A stretch of DNA of 64,000 bases, taken from assembly GCA_021816845.1 (NCBI GenBank), contig JAKAWT010000001.1:408209-472208 (forward strand). The letters run 5' to 3'. Positions 15,339 to 25,389 of the stretch are shown piece by piece. Below the pieces are notes generated by a model that saw nothing but the letters and a program-made list of their open reading frames with translations, was not told the DNA's origin and ran no database searches. How positions within the stretch are numbered: the stretch's first letter is position 1; the number at the start of each line of letters is the position of its first letter. This DNA comes from a bacterium. Lineage in GTDB: Bacteria; Patescibacteriota; Dojkabacteria; JAKAPS01; JAJZLI01. The position numbers were made by a program, and so were the translations under genes.

Positions 15339-17828
15339 ATGAATGATCAAGATAACAGTTTCACAAAATTATCAAATAATGCTGTAAAGGCTATAATGTC
15401 AGCATATGATTATGCATTGAATGTTAATTCCAAAGAATTAGATATAAGGTATTTGTTCCTTGCCATAATAAAGAATAAAGATAATATAGTTTCAAAGGCT
15501 ATGGAAAATATCAATTTTAGTTCTTCTATATCTTTTGAAAATATAGATGACGTTCCTTCTTCAAGCAAAAAGTCAAAAAAAGATAATAATATTGTTTTAT
15601 CAAACGATTTTAAAGAAGTTATCACAGGGGCATACTATCTGGCAAAAAAATTTAATCATGTTTATGTTGGGACAGAGCATCTATTCTTATCCATAATGAG
15701 GCAAGAAGATAATTCTTTTGTTAAAGAATTGAAGAAATATGGGATAGACTATGAATCTGCATATAACATTATCTTTAGTTATGGTAATTACCCACCAGGC
15801 GTCTTTCTTCAGAAGGATAACGAAAATAATTCTTTGATACCTGTAGAGAGTCAAAGGGCTATTATCAATACAATAGCTACAAATTTAAATAAAACTGTTA
15901 AGGAGAAAGGAGGTGTAGAAATAGTAGGGAGAAGTGAAGAGATTGATAGGATAATTCACATTTTGTCAAGGAAGAGTAAGAATAACCCTATTTTGATTGG
16001 TGAGGCGGGAGTAGGTAAAACATTTTTAGTAGAAGCTCTAGCTTCAAGAATTGTTAATAATAAAGTTCCGGAGAATCTTAGGAATTTTGAGATATGGAGC
16101 TTAGATATATCAAAATTAATGATGTCCACAGAGATGAGGGGAGAGTTGGAAGGTAAGATTAACATGGTTATGGAAGAAGTAAAATCAAGAAAAAACATAA
16201 TAATTTTTATTGATGAGATACATATGATCTTTAATTCTAGTGGGAATGCCTCTAATAATGATATAGCTAATATATTAAAACCTCATTTAACAAGTGAATA
16301 TCTAAGATGTATTGGCGCAACAACACTGTATGAATACCAAAGATATTTTGAAGGTGATGCTGCTCTAAACAGAAGATTTCTTCCTGTAAAGGTTAAAGAG
16401 TTATCTATTGATGATTCCGTCAAAGTTCTATCTGGTGTAAAACAAGATATAGAAAGTTTTCACAGTATTAAAATAAATGAAGAAGCTATACCAACATCAG
16501 TATATCTTGCTGATAGATTTATAGTAGATAGATTCTTACCTGATAAGGCTATAGATTTACTTGAAGAGGCTGCTACTGCTAAAAACTTGGAAGATAATAG
16601 ATACTCTAAGAAGATTTCTAATTTAAGGGATAGCATTAAAAATATTCAAGAAAAAAAAGAAAAATATCTAGAAGAACAAAAATATCTTCAATCCATGTAT
16701 TTGAGAGAAAAAGAAAGAGTATTAAATCAGGAGATGATTAATATAAAGAGTAATGATCTTTTTTATGGTAGAGAAGTTATGCCTGAAGATATAGTAAAGG
16801 TTGTTTCTAAATGGACAGATATACCAGTCTATAATATATCAAATAGCAATCTTGCACAAATGAAATCTATTGATAAAGAGATAAGGAAGGAAATTATAGG
16901 ACAAGACAATGCAGTTACTAGGGTAGTAGATATATTGAAAAGTGCTAGAGCAGGGTTTAGAGACGAGAGAAGACCTTTAGGCATATTTCTATTTTTAGGT
17001 CCTACAGGTGTTGGTAAAACAGAATTGGCGAAGCAGGTAGCTAATAAATATATGGGAAGCTCTAAGTCATTAATACAGTTAGATATGTCCGAGTATATGG
17101 AGGCACATAGTGTATCAAAGTTTATTGGTTCTCCTCCTGGATATGTTGGTTATCAAGAAGGGGGAAGACTTACTGAATCTGTGAAAAACAAACCTTATTC
17201 AGTTGTACTTTTTGATGAAATTGAAAAGGCCCATCCAGATGTTTTAAATATATTACTTCAAGTTATGGAAGAAGGTCATTTAACTGACAGTAGAGGTCGT
17301 TTTGTAAATTTTAAAAATACTATTATAATACTGACATCTAATATTGGATCTGATTTGATTGAAAATAGTAATATTCTTGGATTTGATATAGATATAGAGG
17401 ATGAAGAGGAATCAAGTGTTGTTAGTGAATATGAAAAAATGGAATCACAGGCATTAATGAAATTAAAGGAATATTTGTTGCCTGAGTTCCTTAACAGAAT
17501 AGATGATGTGATAATATTTAGATCTTTAAGCAAAAATGATGCCTTAAAGATAGTCAAAAAATTAGCTTATGAATCTAAAAATAAATTATCAAAGCTGAAT
17601 ATTAATATAGAGTACTCGGAGAATTTCTTAAGATATATTACAGACAGAGGCTTTAGTGAAGAATTCGGTGTAAGACAATTGAAAAGGATATTCAATAAGA
17701 ATACAGAAACAACATTGGCTAGCTATTTTATTGATAATCATTTTAATAATGATAGTCAAATCCAAAACAAATCAATCATAATGGATTATGATTTAAATAA
17801 TAAGGTTGTTTTGATAAATAGCAAATAA
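15339..17828 (+). CDS. clpC: Clp ATPase of the ClpC/ClpB family (two AAA+ domains, Clp_N repeats, short middle domain)
   Basis: Two Clp_N repeats. D1 Walker [10 protein letters not shown]2 Walker [13 protein letters not shown]. Linker of about 60 aa between D1 and D2, resembling ClpC more than ClpB. Confidence 0.9.
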   Translation: MNDQDNSFTKLSNNAVKAIMSAYDYALNVNSKELDIRYLFLAIIKNKDNIVSKAMENINFSSSISFENIDDVPSSSKKSKKDNNIVLSNDFKEVITGAYYLAKKFNHVYVGTEHLFLSIMRQEDNSFVKELKKYGIDYESAYNIIFSYGNYPPGVFLQKDNENNSLIPVESQRAIINTIATNLNKTVKEKGGVEIVGRSEEIDRIIHILSRKSKNNPILIGEAGVGKTFLVEALASRIVNNKVPENLRNFEIWSLDISKLMMSTEMRGELEGKINMVMEEVKSRKNIIIFIDEIHMIFNSSGNASNNDIANILKPHLTSEYLRCIGATTLYEYQRYFEGDAALNRRFLPVKVKELSIDDSVKVLSGVKQDIESFHSIKINEEAIPTSVYLADRFIVDRFLPDKAIDLLEEAATAKNLEDNRYSKKISNLRDSIKNIQEKKEKYLEEQKYLQSMYLREKERVLNQEMINIKSNDLFYGREVMPEDIVKVVSKWTDIPVYNISNSNLAQMKSIDKEIRKEIIGQDNAVTRVVDILKSARAGFRDERRPLGIFLFLGPTGVGKTELAKQVANKYMGSSKSLIQLDMSEYMEAHSVSKFIGSPPGYVGYQEGGRLTESVKNKPYSVVLFDEIEKAHPDVLNILLQVMEEGHLTDSRGRFVNFKNTIIILTSNIGSDLIENSNILGFDIDIEDEEESSVVSEYEKMESQALMKLKEYLLPEFLNRIDDVIIFRSLSKNDALKIVKKLAYESKNKLSKLNINIEYSENFLRYITDRGFSEEFGVRQLKRIFNKNTETTLASYFIDNHFNNDSQIQNKSIIMDYDLNNKVVLINSK

Positions 17829-17830
17829 AC

Positions 17831-17872
17831 AACTTATCCACATAAAATTTTACCCAAATAACTTATCCACAT
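17831..17872 (+). promoter_or_regulatory. Two direct repeats AACTTATCCACAT containing perfect DnaA-box consensus TTATCCACA
   Basis: Seen in sequence at 17834-17842 and 17863-17871, immediately after the clpC stop and 29 bp apart. Confidence 0.3.
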
Positions 17873-17936
17873 TTTTAAAAAAACATTGTTTCTATGATAT
17901 ATTTATTTACTGAATCTCCATTTTTAAATTATAGGC

Positions 17937-18100
17937 TTGACAAAAAAAAGATTATGGGATACAATAATGTTGTCCTTTAAAATTAGTTTTAATAATAAAT
18001 GTACTTCCCTGGGTCTGGTTAGTAAAAGAAGCTTTGCTGGTCCCATGGAAGTACATTTATTATTGGGATCGGTGGGGGGCAGTACCGATCCCTTTTTTTA
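17937..18100 (+). ncRNA. Promoter plus GC-rich structured RNA ending in an intrinsic terminator; candidate rplJ (L10) leader/attenuator or small RNA
   Basis: TTGACA(17937-17942)-17 nt-TACAAT promoter. A 12-bp inverted repeat AAATGTACTTCC/GGAAGTACATTT (17997-18057) enclosing a GC-rich loop. Hairpin GGGATCGGT-GGGGGGCAGT-ACCGATCCC followed by TTTTTTT (18064-18100). GC content stands out sharply from the AT-rich surroundings. Confidence 0.4.
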
Positions 18101-18288
18101 TTTAATCTTCAATTTGACTTACAACAATAATTACTTTATAATCTTAGATACTCAAAAGAGGTCAAAGACAATAGGATTTAGTCTGATATTTTGATTAAAT
18201 TAAAAATCTCCTATTTAGACTTTTGCAAGGTTTATTTGTCTTATTGGCTTCCTTTTGGAAGCTTTTTTAATATTGATAATTTTTTAAT

Positions 18289-18819
18289 ATGGCAATAAGA
18301 AAAGATAAGAAGAAGCTAATAATAGAGAAATATATTAACTATATAGATTCTAGTGAGTCATTGTTTTTTATAGATACTCAAGGTTTAGACATAAAAACAA
18401 TTAATATTTTAAAAGAAGAATTAATTCCAAATAGTGCAAAGTATATCCTTATAAAAAATACATTGTTTAGAAAAGCTTTGAAAGGCTCTTCTGGATATGT
18501 AGAAAATATTGATAAAGGATTATTTGGATATAATGCTCTGGTATTTTCAGAATCTGACTCAAATATCATTGCAAAAAAAATATTAGATTTTGGTTCTAAA
18601 AATGATGTTGAAATTAAGTTTGGAAGTCTTTATGGATCTTTTCTCTCTAAAGAGGACATTATTGGATTAAGTAAGGTGCCTTCAAAAGAACAAAGTATTG
18701 TTAACATAATATATATTATTAACGGGGGGCTTCAAAGATTACATTTTGTTTTAAATTATAACATTCAGATGCTTATAAATACTATTAATATTATAAAAGA
18801 ATCAAAGGAGGTGAAATAA
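18289..18819 (+). CDS. rplJ: 50S ribosomal protein L10
   Basis: L10-like N-terminal region; position immediately upstream of rplL. Confidence 0.8.
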   Translation: MAIRKDKKKLIIEKYINYIDSSESLFFIDTQGLDIKTINILKEELIPNSAKYILIKNTLFRKALKGSSGYVENIDKGLFGYNALVFSESDSNIIAKKILDFGSKNDVEIKFGSLYGSFLSKEDIIGLSKVPSKEQSIVNIIYIINGGLQRLHFVLNYNIQMLINTINIIKESKEVK

Positions 18820-18823
18820 TAAT

Positions 18824-19225
18824 ATGGATGAGAAAAAAATGAATTCTATTGTAGAAAGTATAGAGAAAATGAATGTATTGGAAGTTTCTCAGTTAGTAAA
18901 AATTTTAGAGGAGAAATTTGGAGTACAAGCATCAGGGGTTATGCCTATGGGCAACTCGATGCCAGTTGGCCAGGCTACAGAATCTAATGTTGGAGATGAA
19001 AAAGAAGAAAAAACCTCTTTTGATGTTATATTAAAGTCAACTGGAGATAAGAAGATTGAAGTTATTAAAGCATTAAGAGTTATTAGTCCTGAACTTGGTT
19101 TAACAGAAGCAAAAGCTATTGCTGAGTCAGCTCCTAAAACAATTAAAGAATCTGTATCCAAAGAGGATGCTGATGAGATGAAAAAATCTCTTGAAGCTGC
19201 TGGAGCAACAGTTGAACTTAAATAA
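18824..19225 (+). CDS. rplL: 50S ribosomal protein L7/L12
   Basis: N-terminal dimerisation helix, Ala/Gly/Pro-rich hinge, and C-terminal domain ending ...EAAGATVELK. Confidence 0.9.
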   Translation: MDEKKMNSIVESIEKMNVLEVSQLVKILEEKFGVQASGVMPMGNSMPVGQATESNVGDEKEEKTSFDVILKSTGDKKIEVIKALRVISPELGLTEAKAIAESAPKTIKESVSKEDADEMKKSLEAAGATVELK

Positions 19226-19258
19226 AATATTATATTTTAATTTAAACTAAACAATACT

Positions 19259-19282
19259 AAGAGAGAGGTTGTCCTCTCTCTT
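19259..19282. terminator. Bidirectional rho-independent terminator between convergent rplL and the Wzy_C-like gene
   Basis: Perfect hairpin AAGAGAGAGG-TTGT-CCTCTCTCTT flanked by T-rich sequence on both strands. Confidence 0.6.
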
Positions 19283-20634
19283 TAGTTGTTATGTAGTATT
19301 GATTTTTTTGTAGCTTTTTCCAGTATTGCTAAAAATGTACCCATGATTATCCAATTGAAAAATAGGTCAAAATAAGAATGGAATAAATTTGCTATAAGTA
19401 GAGCTAATAAACCAGACATAAATGCACTGATTATAATAAAATCAATACTTTTTCTATTCTTAGTTATTATTTCTAATTTCTTCCAGAAAATACTAAAATA
19501 AGTTATAAGGAAAAACATATAACTTAAAAATCCCACTATACCTATCTCTGAAAGCCATAATGTAAATAATGGTGGTGTATCAATATTGTTGTAATAAAAT
19601 GGTATAAAAGGCTTTATGTATAATCCAAAATAATATGTAAAAGTTCCTAATCCTGTTCCAAATATTGGGAATTTCTTAAAGATATTAATGCTTGATTGCA
19701 AAAGTAATATATGTGTATCAAAAGAATATTTTTGTAAAGAGTATATATATGGAAATATTATTACACTTGATATCACAGCTATGATAAAATATGCCTCCAG
19801 GATATATAAAAGGTGCTTATTTTTATAAGTTTTATAATAGTATAACAATAAAAGAAAAAATGCTATGGTTATACCAATTAATGAACTTTTAGAAAAAGTT
19901 ATTATGAAAAAGAAAAATACTATTATAGATAGTAAGTTTAATACTAATAATAGTTTTTTGGTTTTTGAGGTTAGATTTTTACGATTTATAAAATATAGTA
20001 TTAACAATATAGGTATAAATATTGCAATGAATCCCGCAGTAGTATTTACATCATTAAATGTGGAATCTGGTCTTAGTATACTGAAGTGACCTATATGCAG
20101 TATAAATGTACTTGGGTTTATAGTTGTTGAGTGCAATATATTATGAAGGTCTAATGTATCAAATTTATAAAATAAATATCCGAAAAACTGTAATATTCCA
20201 TAGAAAGAAACCAGTAATATAGTTATAAAAAATGTTACTAATATAGTCATTGTATTTTTATAATAAAGTGTATATATGTAACATATTAAGAACAGTAATA
20301 TTGATAAAACAATATAAATTGTTGATTTGAAAGATAAAAATTTATCTATAGAAAAGAAATCACTTATCAATATAGTTACAGGTATAGCAATTAGGCTTAT
20401 TTTCAAATATTTATTCATTGTTTTAGCATATTCAATTATACTATGATAATTAATCCATATTGACATTATAATAACTGGGAAAAACATTGCTATTGGATCT
20501 AATGTGAATCCTATGTAAGAATTAAATCTTTCAAGTGGCATAAGGAGTATTAATATAGGGACTAGAAGCTTGGGATAATTCAATGCTATGAATCCAAGTA
20601 TTAGATATATAATTATTATAGCTATGATGATCAT
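19282..20634 (-). CDS. Polytopic membrane protein of the O-antigen ligase / Wzy_C-like superfamily (possible O-glycan ligase)
   Basis: At least 10 predicted TM helices. C-terminal segment FPIFGTGLGTF ... LWLSEIGIVGFLSYMFFL resembles the GxGxG / E-G-hydrophobic block of WaaL/Wzy_C/PglL-type proteins. Stop 1 nt downstream of the mreB-paralog stop (same strand). Confidence 0.45.
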   Translation of the reverse strand: MIIIAIIIIYLILGFIALNYPKLLVPILILLMPLERFNSYIGFTLDPIAMFFPVIIMSIWINYHSIIEYAKTMNKYLKISLIAIPVTILISDFFSIDKFLSFKSTIYIVLSILLFLICYIYTLYYKNTMTILVTFFITILLVSFYGILQFFGYLFYKFDTLDLHNILHSTTINPSTFILHIGHFSILRPDSTFNDVNTTAGFIAIFIPILLILYFINRKNLTSKTKKLLLVLNLLSIIVFFFFIITFSKSSLIGITIAFFLLLLYYYKTYKNKHLLYILEAYFIIAVISSVIIFPYIYSLQKYSFDTHILLLQSSINIFKKFPIFGTGLGTFTYYFGLYIKPFIPFYYNNIDTPPLFTLWLSEIGIVGFLSYMFFLITYFSIFWKKLEIITKNRKSIDFIIISAFMSGLLALLIANLFHSYFDLFFNWIIMGTFLAILEKATKKSILHNN

Positions 20635-20635
20635 A

Positions 20636-21679
20636 TTAGTTCGGATTCTTTATATTTTTTGATAATATATCTATATATTTGATTGATTCTGCAGCCCCTT
20701 TTGCGGCAGTAAGCATTGGTTCGTCTGATATATATGTCGGTATGCCTATTGCCCTAGTTAAAAGTGTATCAATATTCCTTAATAAAGCTGTTCCTCCACT
20801 TAGCAATATTCCTCTATCAATTATATCTGAGGATAACTCTGGAGGAGTTTTTTCTAAAACATATCTTGTTGATTGAATTATTAGATTGAGAGGATTCTTT
20901 ATAGCTTCAACAATCCTGTTAGTATCTATATTTATAGATCTTGGCATTCCAGTGATTGCATCTCTACCTTTTACTTCTGTTTCTAAAGGAGCCTTAAGTG
21001 GTAGGGCAGAACCTATATCTATTTTTATTTTTTCTGCCATTTGATCACCTATAACTAGACCTTCGTGTCTTTTTAGATGATTGATAATAGCATCGTTAAT
21101 TGAATCACCACCGACTCTTATAGAATCAGAAATAACAATACCATTCAAGGAAATTACTGCTAGTTCAGCAGTACCACCTCCTATATTGATAACCATATTT
21201 CCAGAAGATGTTCCTATTGGTAAATTTGCTCCTATTGCAGTTAATAATGCTTCTGGTACCAAATAAACTTTTTTTATTCCAGAATTTATTATTGCTTCAT
21301 AAATAGCTCTTTTTTCTACTGATGTTAATCCAGAGGATATATTTGCGACTACTTGTGATCCAAAAAAAATATTTGATTTTCCAACTTTAGAAAAGAAATA
21401 TTTTATCATAGATTCAGATATTTTATAATTTGCTATAGCCCCGGAACGTATAGGTTTTTTGGAAATGATTCCTTCGGGTGTTTTTCCTAGCATTTCTTTT
21501 GCCTCTACACCTACGGATAATATTGATTTATCATCTACTGATATTGCTACTACTGAAGGTTCATTAAGTAGGACGCCCTTATTGATAGATGATATTAAAG
21601 AGTTTGAAGTACCGAAATCTAATCCAAATTTATTATTACTAAACATAATTTTGCATGAATAAATAAAAAAATGTATCAA
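20636..21679 (-). CDS. Divergent MreB/actin-like paralog
   Basis: Phosphate-1 motif LDFGTSNS, NEPSVVAI, phosphate-2/adenosine motif INIGGGTAELAVISLNGIV. Clearly MreB-like but more divergent than the canonical mreB at 31185. Confidence 0.8.
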   Translation of the reverse strand: MIHFFIYSCKIMFSNNKFGLDFGTSNSLISSINKGVLLNEPSVVAISVDDKSILSVGVEAKEMLGKTPEGIISKKPIRSGAIANYKISESMIKYFFSKVGKSNIFFGSQVVANISSGLTSVEKRAIYEAIINSGIKKVYLVPEALLTAIGANLPIGTSSGNMVINIGGGTAELAVISLNGIVISDSIRVGGDSINDAIINHLKRHEGLVIGDQMAEKIKIDIGSALPLKAPLETEVKGRDAITGMPRSINIDTNRIVEAIKNPLNLIIQSTRYVLEKTPPELSSDIIDRGILLSGGTALLRNIDTLLTRAIGIPTYISDEPMLTAAKGAAESIKYIDILSKNIKNPN

Positions 21680-21741
21680 TTGTGTTATAATTCTAACATA
21701 CTTGCTATGTTATTTAAATATAATAATATTCACTATTAGTA

Positions 21742-23223
21742 ATGAAAAAAAGAATTATATTATTATTATCTAAAATTTGGGGATTTATTGGTATATTGTT
21801 GGTAGTAATTATTGCTACTTTGATTATATTTTGGGCTAGAGGATATGAAATTAATTTTACTACTGGTAATGTTGTCGATACAGGTATTTTGAGAATTAAT
21901 AGTACTCCTACAAATGCTAAAATTTATTTAAATAATACATATGAAGGACTTTCGCCATTAATAATCAATTCTTTAATTCCAGGTACCTATAATGTCAAGG
22001 TTCAGACACCTAATTATTCTGTATGGAATGGATTAGTTTCTATTCAACCTCAACAAATTACTAATCTCAACTCATTCTTGTTACCCACAAATATAAAGCA
22101 AAGTATCGTTAATATTCCTGGTACTATATATTATTCTACTTTTAGTAAGGATAGTAATATGTTATTTATAGTTTCTAAGAGAAAAAATGGTAATTATGAT
22201 TTATATTATATGAATCTAAACAATAATACACTTAATTACCCACTAAATCCAACTTTTATAACTGATTTATCAAACTATACAAATACTGCTATATCATCAA
22301 TAAAAGTAACTTCTAACAGCGATTTTAGTTATTTAACAATATATATGAATGGGACATACTATTTGTATTCTGTATCTAATTCCACAATGACTCCTATGAG
22401 TACACTTTTGAGTTCTTTAACGATACAGAATATGAAATGGGCAAATAGTAACACTTTAATATTAGAAAATAATAGTTTATTGGCTACTTTAAATATAAAT
22501 ACTGGACAAATTATTGTCATTGCAATAAATTCTGGTAAAAATATTATCCCATATGCTTTATATAATGGAGGTATAGTTTATGCTATTACCCAAACTATTA
22601 CCAAAACATTAGACTCATCTCTTATTTATACTTCTAATTTGGATGGTACAAATAAGATCCTTTTAACCAATCTTACTGGAGATGCTAAAGCTCTTATAGT
22701 AGATAATAATAATAAATTTTTAGGGATTACAACTTCTTTAGGAAATTATATATTGAATATAAAATCAAATAAGCTTTATCAGATAAATAATAATGTTAAA
22801 ATAATAAAATTCTCTCCCAATAGTAATTATTTACTATTAGATTCTGGAAACACTCTACAAGAATATTATTTAGCAAATAAACATTATATTATCCTTAATA
22901 ATAATTTGAAATATTTATATAATATAATGTGGTATCCGATAGGTGGATATATATTCTATGAAGAGGAAAATAAAAATATTAATCAATCTCATAGTGTTTC
23001 TCACGAATCAACTTTGTTAAATAATTTAAACAGCTATTCTCTCTTCTTTGAAACTGAAAGTTCTACTGTTACTGATACTATTGTTAATAATATTAATGGA
23101 ACATATTATATATCTACCAACGGTAATTATTTAGTAGTTGAAACTCAATCTACTAGCAAACATAATTTAATATATATTATAGATCTAATACAGAATAATT
23201 CTATATTGCCGTTTTCATTATAA
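21742..23223 (+). CDS. Membrane-anchored protein with an N-terminal PEGA-like domain and a C-terminal beta-propeller-like repeat region
   Basis: Single N-terminal TM helix. PEGA-like segment TNAKIYLNNTYEGLSPLIINSLIPGTYNVKVQ...YSVW. Then repeated short YY/DLYY-containing beta-strand-like units. Divergently transcribed from the mreB paralog. Confidence 0.45.
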   Translation: MKKRIILLLSKIWGFIGILLVVIIATLIIFWARGYEINFTTGNVVDTGILRINSTPTNAKIYLNNTYEGLSPLIINSLIPGTYNVKVQTPNYSVWNGLVSIQPQQITNLNSFLLPTNIKQSIVNIPGTIYYSTFSKDSNMLFIVSKRKNGNYDLYYMNLNNNTLNYPLNPTFITDLSNYTNTAISSIKVTSNSDFSYLTIYMNGTYYLYSVSNSTMTPMSTLLSSLTIQNMKWANSNTLILENNSLLATLNINTGQIIVIAINSGKNIIPYALYNGGIVYAITQTITKTLDSSLIYTSNLDGTNKILLTNLTGDAKALIVDNNNKFLGITTSLGNYILNIKSNKLYQINNNVKIIKFSPNSNYLLLDSGNTLQEYYLANKHYIILNNNLKYLYNIMWYPIGGYIFYEEENKNINQSHSVSHESTLLNNLNSYSLFFETESSTVTDTIVNNINGTYYISTNGNYLVVETQSTSKHNLIYIIDLIQNNSILPFSL

Positions 23224-23228
23224 AAACA

Positions 23229-23302
23229 CATCCCTGATAGGATTCGAACCTACGACCTTCTCGTTAGGACCGAGACACTCTATCCAGCTGAGCTACAGGG
23301 AT
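23229..23302 (-). tRNA. tRNA-Arg (CCT)
   Basis: Reverse complement gives acceptor ATCCCTG/CAGGGAT, D-arm GCTC-AGCTGGAT-AGAGT, anticodon stem TCTCG/CGAGA with loop GTCCTAA, T-arm CGTAG-GTTCGAAT-CCTAT. Confidence 0.8.
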
Positions 23303-23414
23303 ATAATTTAGCTATATTATACATAAAAATTACTTATTTTTAAAATGTTTTATTGATAATCAAATTATATTTTGATAAAATTAGCCTGTTATTTTATTTA
23401 CAATTATCTATATT

Positions 23415-24020
23415 ATGATTAAATACGAACAAACATTAGTTTTAATAAAGCACGATGGAGTAGCTAGGGGATTAATTGGAGAAATAATAAGTAGATTTGA
23501 GAGAGTAGGTTTGAAAGTTGTTGGTATGAAATTTATTATTCCTTCTATAGATGTTGCGACAAAACATTATCCATCTAGTGAAGAATGGCTACTAAATGTT
23601 GGAAATAGGGTTATAAAAGAGTATACAGATAATGGTATTGATATTAAACAAGTTTTCAATACATTAGATCCTCAAAAAATAGGTGAAGTAATTAAATCTT
23701 GGAATGTTGAATACCTTACATTCGGTCCAGTTCTAGCTATTGTATTGGAAGGTCCTGGATCAGTTAAATTAGTTAGAAAAATGGTTGGTGCTACAAATCC
23801 ATCAGAATCAGCTCCCGGAACAATCAGGGGTGATTATACTTGGGATAGTGGAGAAGTCTCCAATAAACATAATCGTCCATTCTATAATTTGATTCATGCA
23901 TCAAGTTCAGTAGATGATGCAAGGACAGAGATAAAATTATGGTTCAGTAAATCAGAAATTGTAGAATATGAGTTAAGTAACCACAACTCAATGGGTTGGC
24001 ATGGCAAGTTAAAGAAATAA
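23415..24020 (+). CDS. ndk: Nucleoside diphosphate kinase with internal insertions (201 aa)
   Basis: N-terminal ERTLVLIKHDGV..GLIGEIISRFE, GATNP..SAPGTIRGD, and active-site NLIHASSS block. About 50 extra residues compared with the canonical enzyme of about 150 aa. Confidence 0.85.
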   Translation: MIKYEQTLVLIKHDGVARGLIGEIISRFERVGLKVVGMKFIIPSIDVATKHYPSSEEWLLNVGNRVIKEYTDNGIDIKQVFNTLDPQKIGEVIKSWNVEYLTFGPVLAIVLEGPGSVKLVRKMVGATNPSESAPGTIRGDYTWDSGEVSNKHNRPFYNLIHASSSVDDARTEIKLWFSKSEIVEYELSNHNSMGWHGKLKK

Positions 24021-24126
24021 TTTTATCAGATATGTAATATGTATTGATAACTAATGATATGGATTATTATCAGTCTATGTTAGTATATTGATAAATAATT
24101 GAATTTATACTGTTTTTGTGGAATTA

Positions 24127-25389
24127 TTATATACTTTCAGTTAAAGTTGCTAAGAAATCGCTATTATTTTTTGTCTTTTTTAGTCTATCTAATAATAACT
24201 CATAATTTTCTCCATTATTTTTCAATGTGTCTAACATTTTTCTTATTCTCCAAGATTGACTTAAAACTTCTGAGTCTAGTAATTTTTCTTCATGTCTAGT
24301 TCCTGATTTAACTATCTCTATTGCTGGATAAAGTCTTCTATCAGCTAATCTTCTATCTAGATGTAATTCCATATTCCCTGTGCCTTTAAATTCTTCAAAT
24401 ACCAAATCATCCATTCTACTTCCAGTATCAATAAGTGCAGTAGCTATTATGGTGAGGCTGCCAAATTCTTCTAAATTTCTTGCAGAACCAAAGAACCTTT
24501 TGGGAGGATATAATGCTACTGGATCAAACCCACCAGACAAAGTTCTCCCGGATGGGGGTACTATTATGTTATAGGCTCTAGCGAGTCTTGTAAGGCTATC
24601 CATTAATATAACTACATCATTGCCTTCTTCTACTAATCTTTTTGCTCGACCAAGTGCTATTTCTGCAACTTTAATCTGATTTTCTGGTAGATCATCAAAA
24701 TTAGAAGCATATACTTCTCCTTTTGTAGATTTACGTATATCTGTAACTTCTTCAGGTCTCTCTCCTATCAGTAAAATCATCAGATGTATTTCTGGGTGAT
24801 TATGTGTTATACCATCTGCTATATCTTTTAATAATGTTGTCTTACCAGACTTTGGTGGGGATACAATCATACCTCTTTGTCCTTTGCCAATTGGAGATAA
24901 AAGATCTATTACCCTATTAGAAATAGGGAATTGACCTATTTCTAGTTTTATTTGTTCTAATGGAAATATTGGAGTAAGTCTTTCAAATGCTATCCTTTTT
25001 GCTGCATTATCAGGTTCTCTAGAGTTTATTTTATCAATTTTTAATAAACCTAGATACCGTTCATTTTCCTTAGGTAATCTAGCTTTTCCAACAATATAAT
25101 CACCTTGTCTTAAATCAAATTTCTTTATTTGAGAACCAGAGACATAAACATCATTCTCATTTGGTAGCAATGTGTATGATCTAAGTACTCCTCTAACACC
25201 ATCATTTATGATCTCTAATATACCTTCAACACTTATAGCTTCATCTTTATCTACATCTTTTAGTATCTTAAATATAAGATCTCTTTTGTTTAGTTCTTGA
25301 AAATCAGTGAGTTTTTCTTTTTCAGCAATTATACGTAAATCTGCTAAACTTTTTGAATCTAAGTTCTGTAAAGAATACTGTTCTTTCAT
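24127..25389 (-). CDS. rho: Transcription termination factor Rho
   Basis: N-terminal Rho_N, OB/CSD fold, Walker A SPPKSGKTTLLKDIA, RecA-like domain; length 420 aa. Confidence 0.9.
   Translation of the reverse strand: MKEQYSLQNLDSKSLADLRIIAEKEKLTDFQELNKRDLIFKILKDVDKDEAISVEGILEIINDGVRGVLRSYTLLPNENDVYVSGSQIKKFDLRQGDYIVGKARLPKENERYLGLLKIDKINSREPDNAAKRIAFERLTPIFPLEQIKLEIGQFPISNRVIDLLSPIGKGQRGMIVSPPKSGKTTLLKDIADGITHNHPEIHLMILLIGERPEEVTDIRKSTKGEVYASNFDDLPENQIKVAEIALGRAKRLVEEGNDVVILMDSLTRLARAYNIIVPPSGRTLSGGFDPVALYPPKRFFGSARNLEEFGSLTIIATALIDTGSRMDDLVFEEFKGTGNMELHLDRRLADRRLYPAIEIVKSGTRHEEKLLDSEVLSQSWRIRKMLDTLKNNGENYELLLDRLKKTKNNSDFLATLTESI

Noticed and set aside
17990-18100. Possible SRP RNA (ffs), RNase P RNA or 6S RNA identity for the structured element upstream of rplJ
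   Set aside because: By eye I could not find the SRP helix-8 signature (GGUCC-GNRA-GGAAGCAGCC), RNase P P4 motifs, or a 6S-like long bulged duplex. It is left as an unclassified leader/sRNA pending covariance-model search.
17937-18194. 85-aa plus-strand ORF in the clpC-rplJ intergenic region
   Set aside because: It starts on the -35 hexamer of a promoter and runs through GC-rich inverted repeats and an intrinsic terminator. The amino-acid sequence follows the RNA-structure palindromes. An RNA element is more parsimonious.
24099-24299. 66-aa plus-strand ORF between ndk and rho
   Set aside because: It overlaps the 3' end of rho on the opposite strand. It is a low-complexity AT-rich translation and is spurious.
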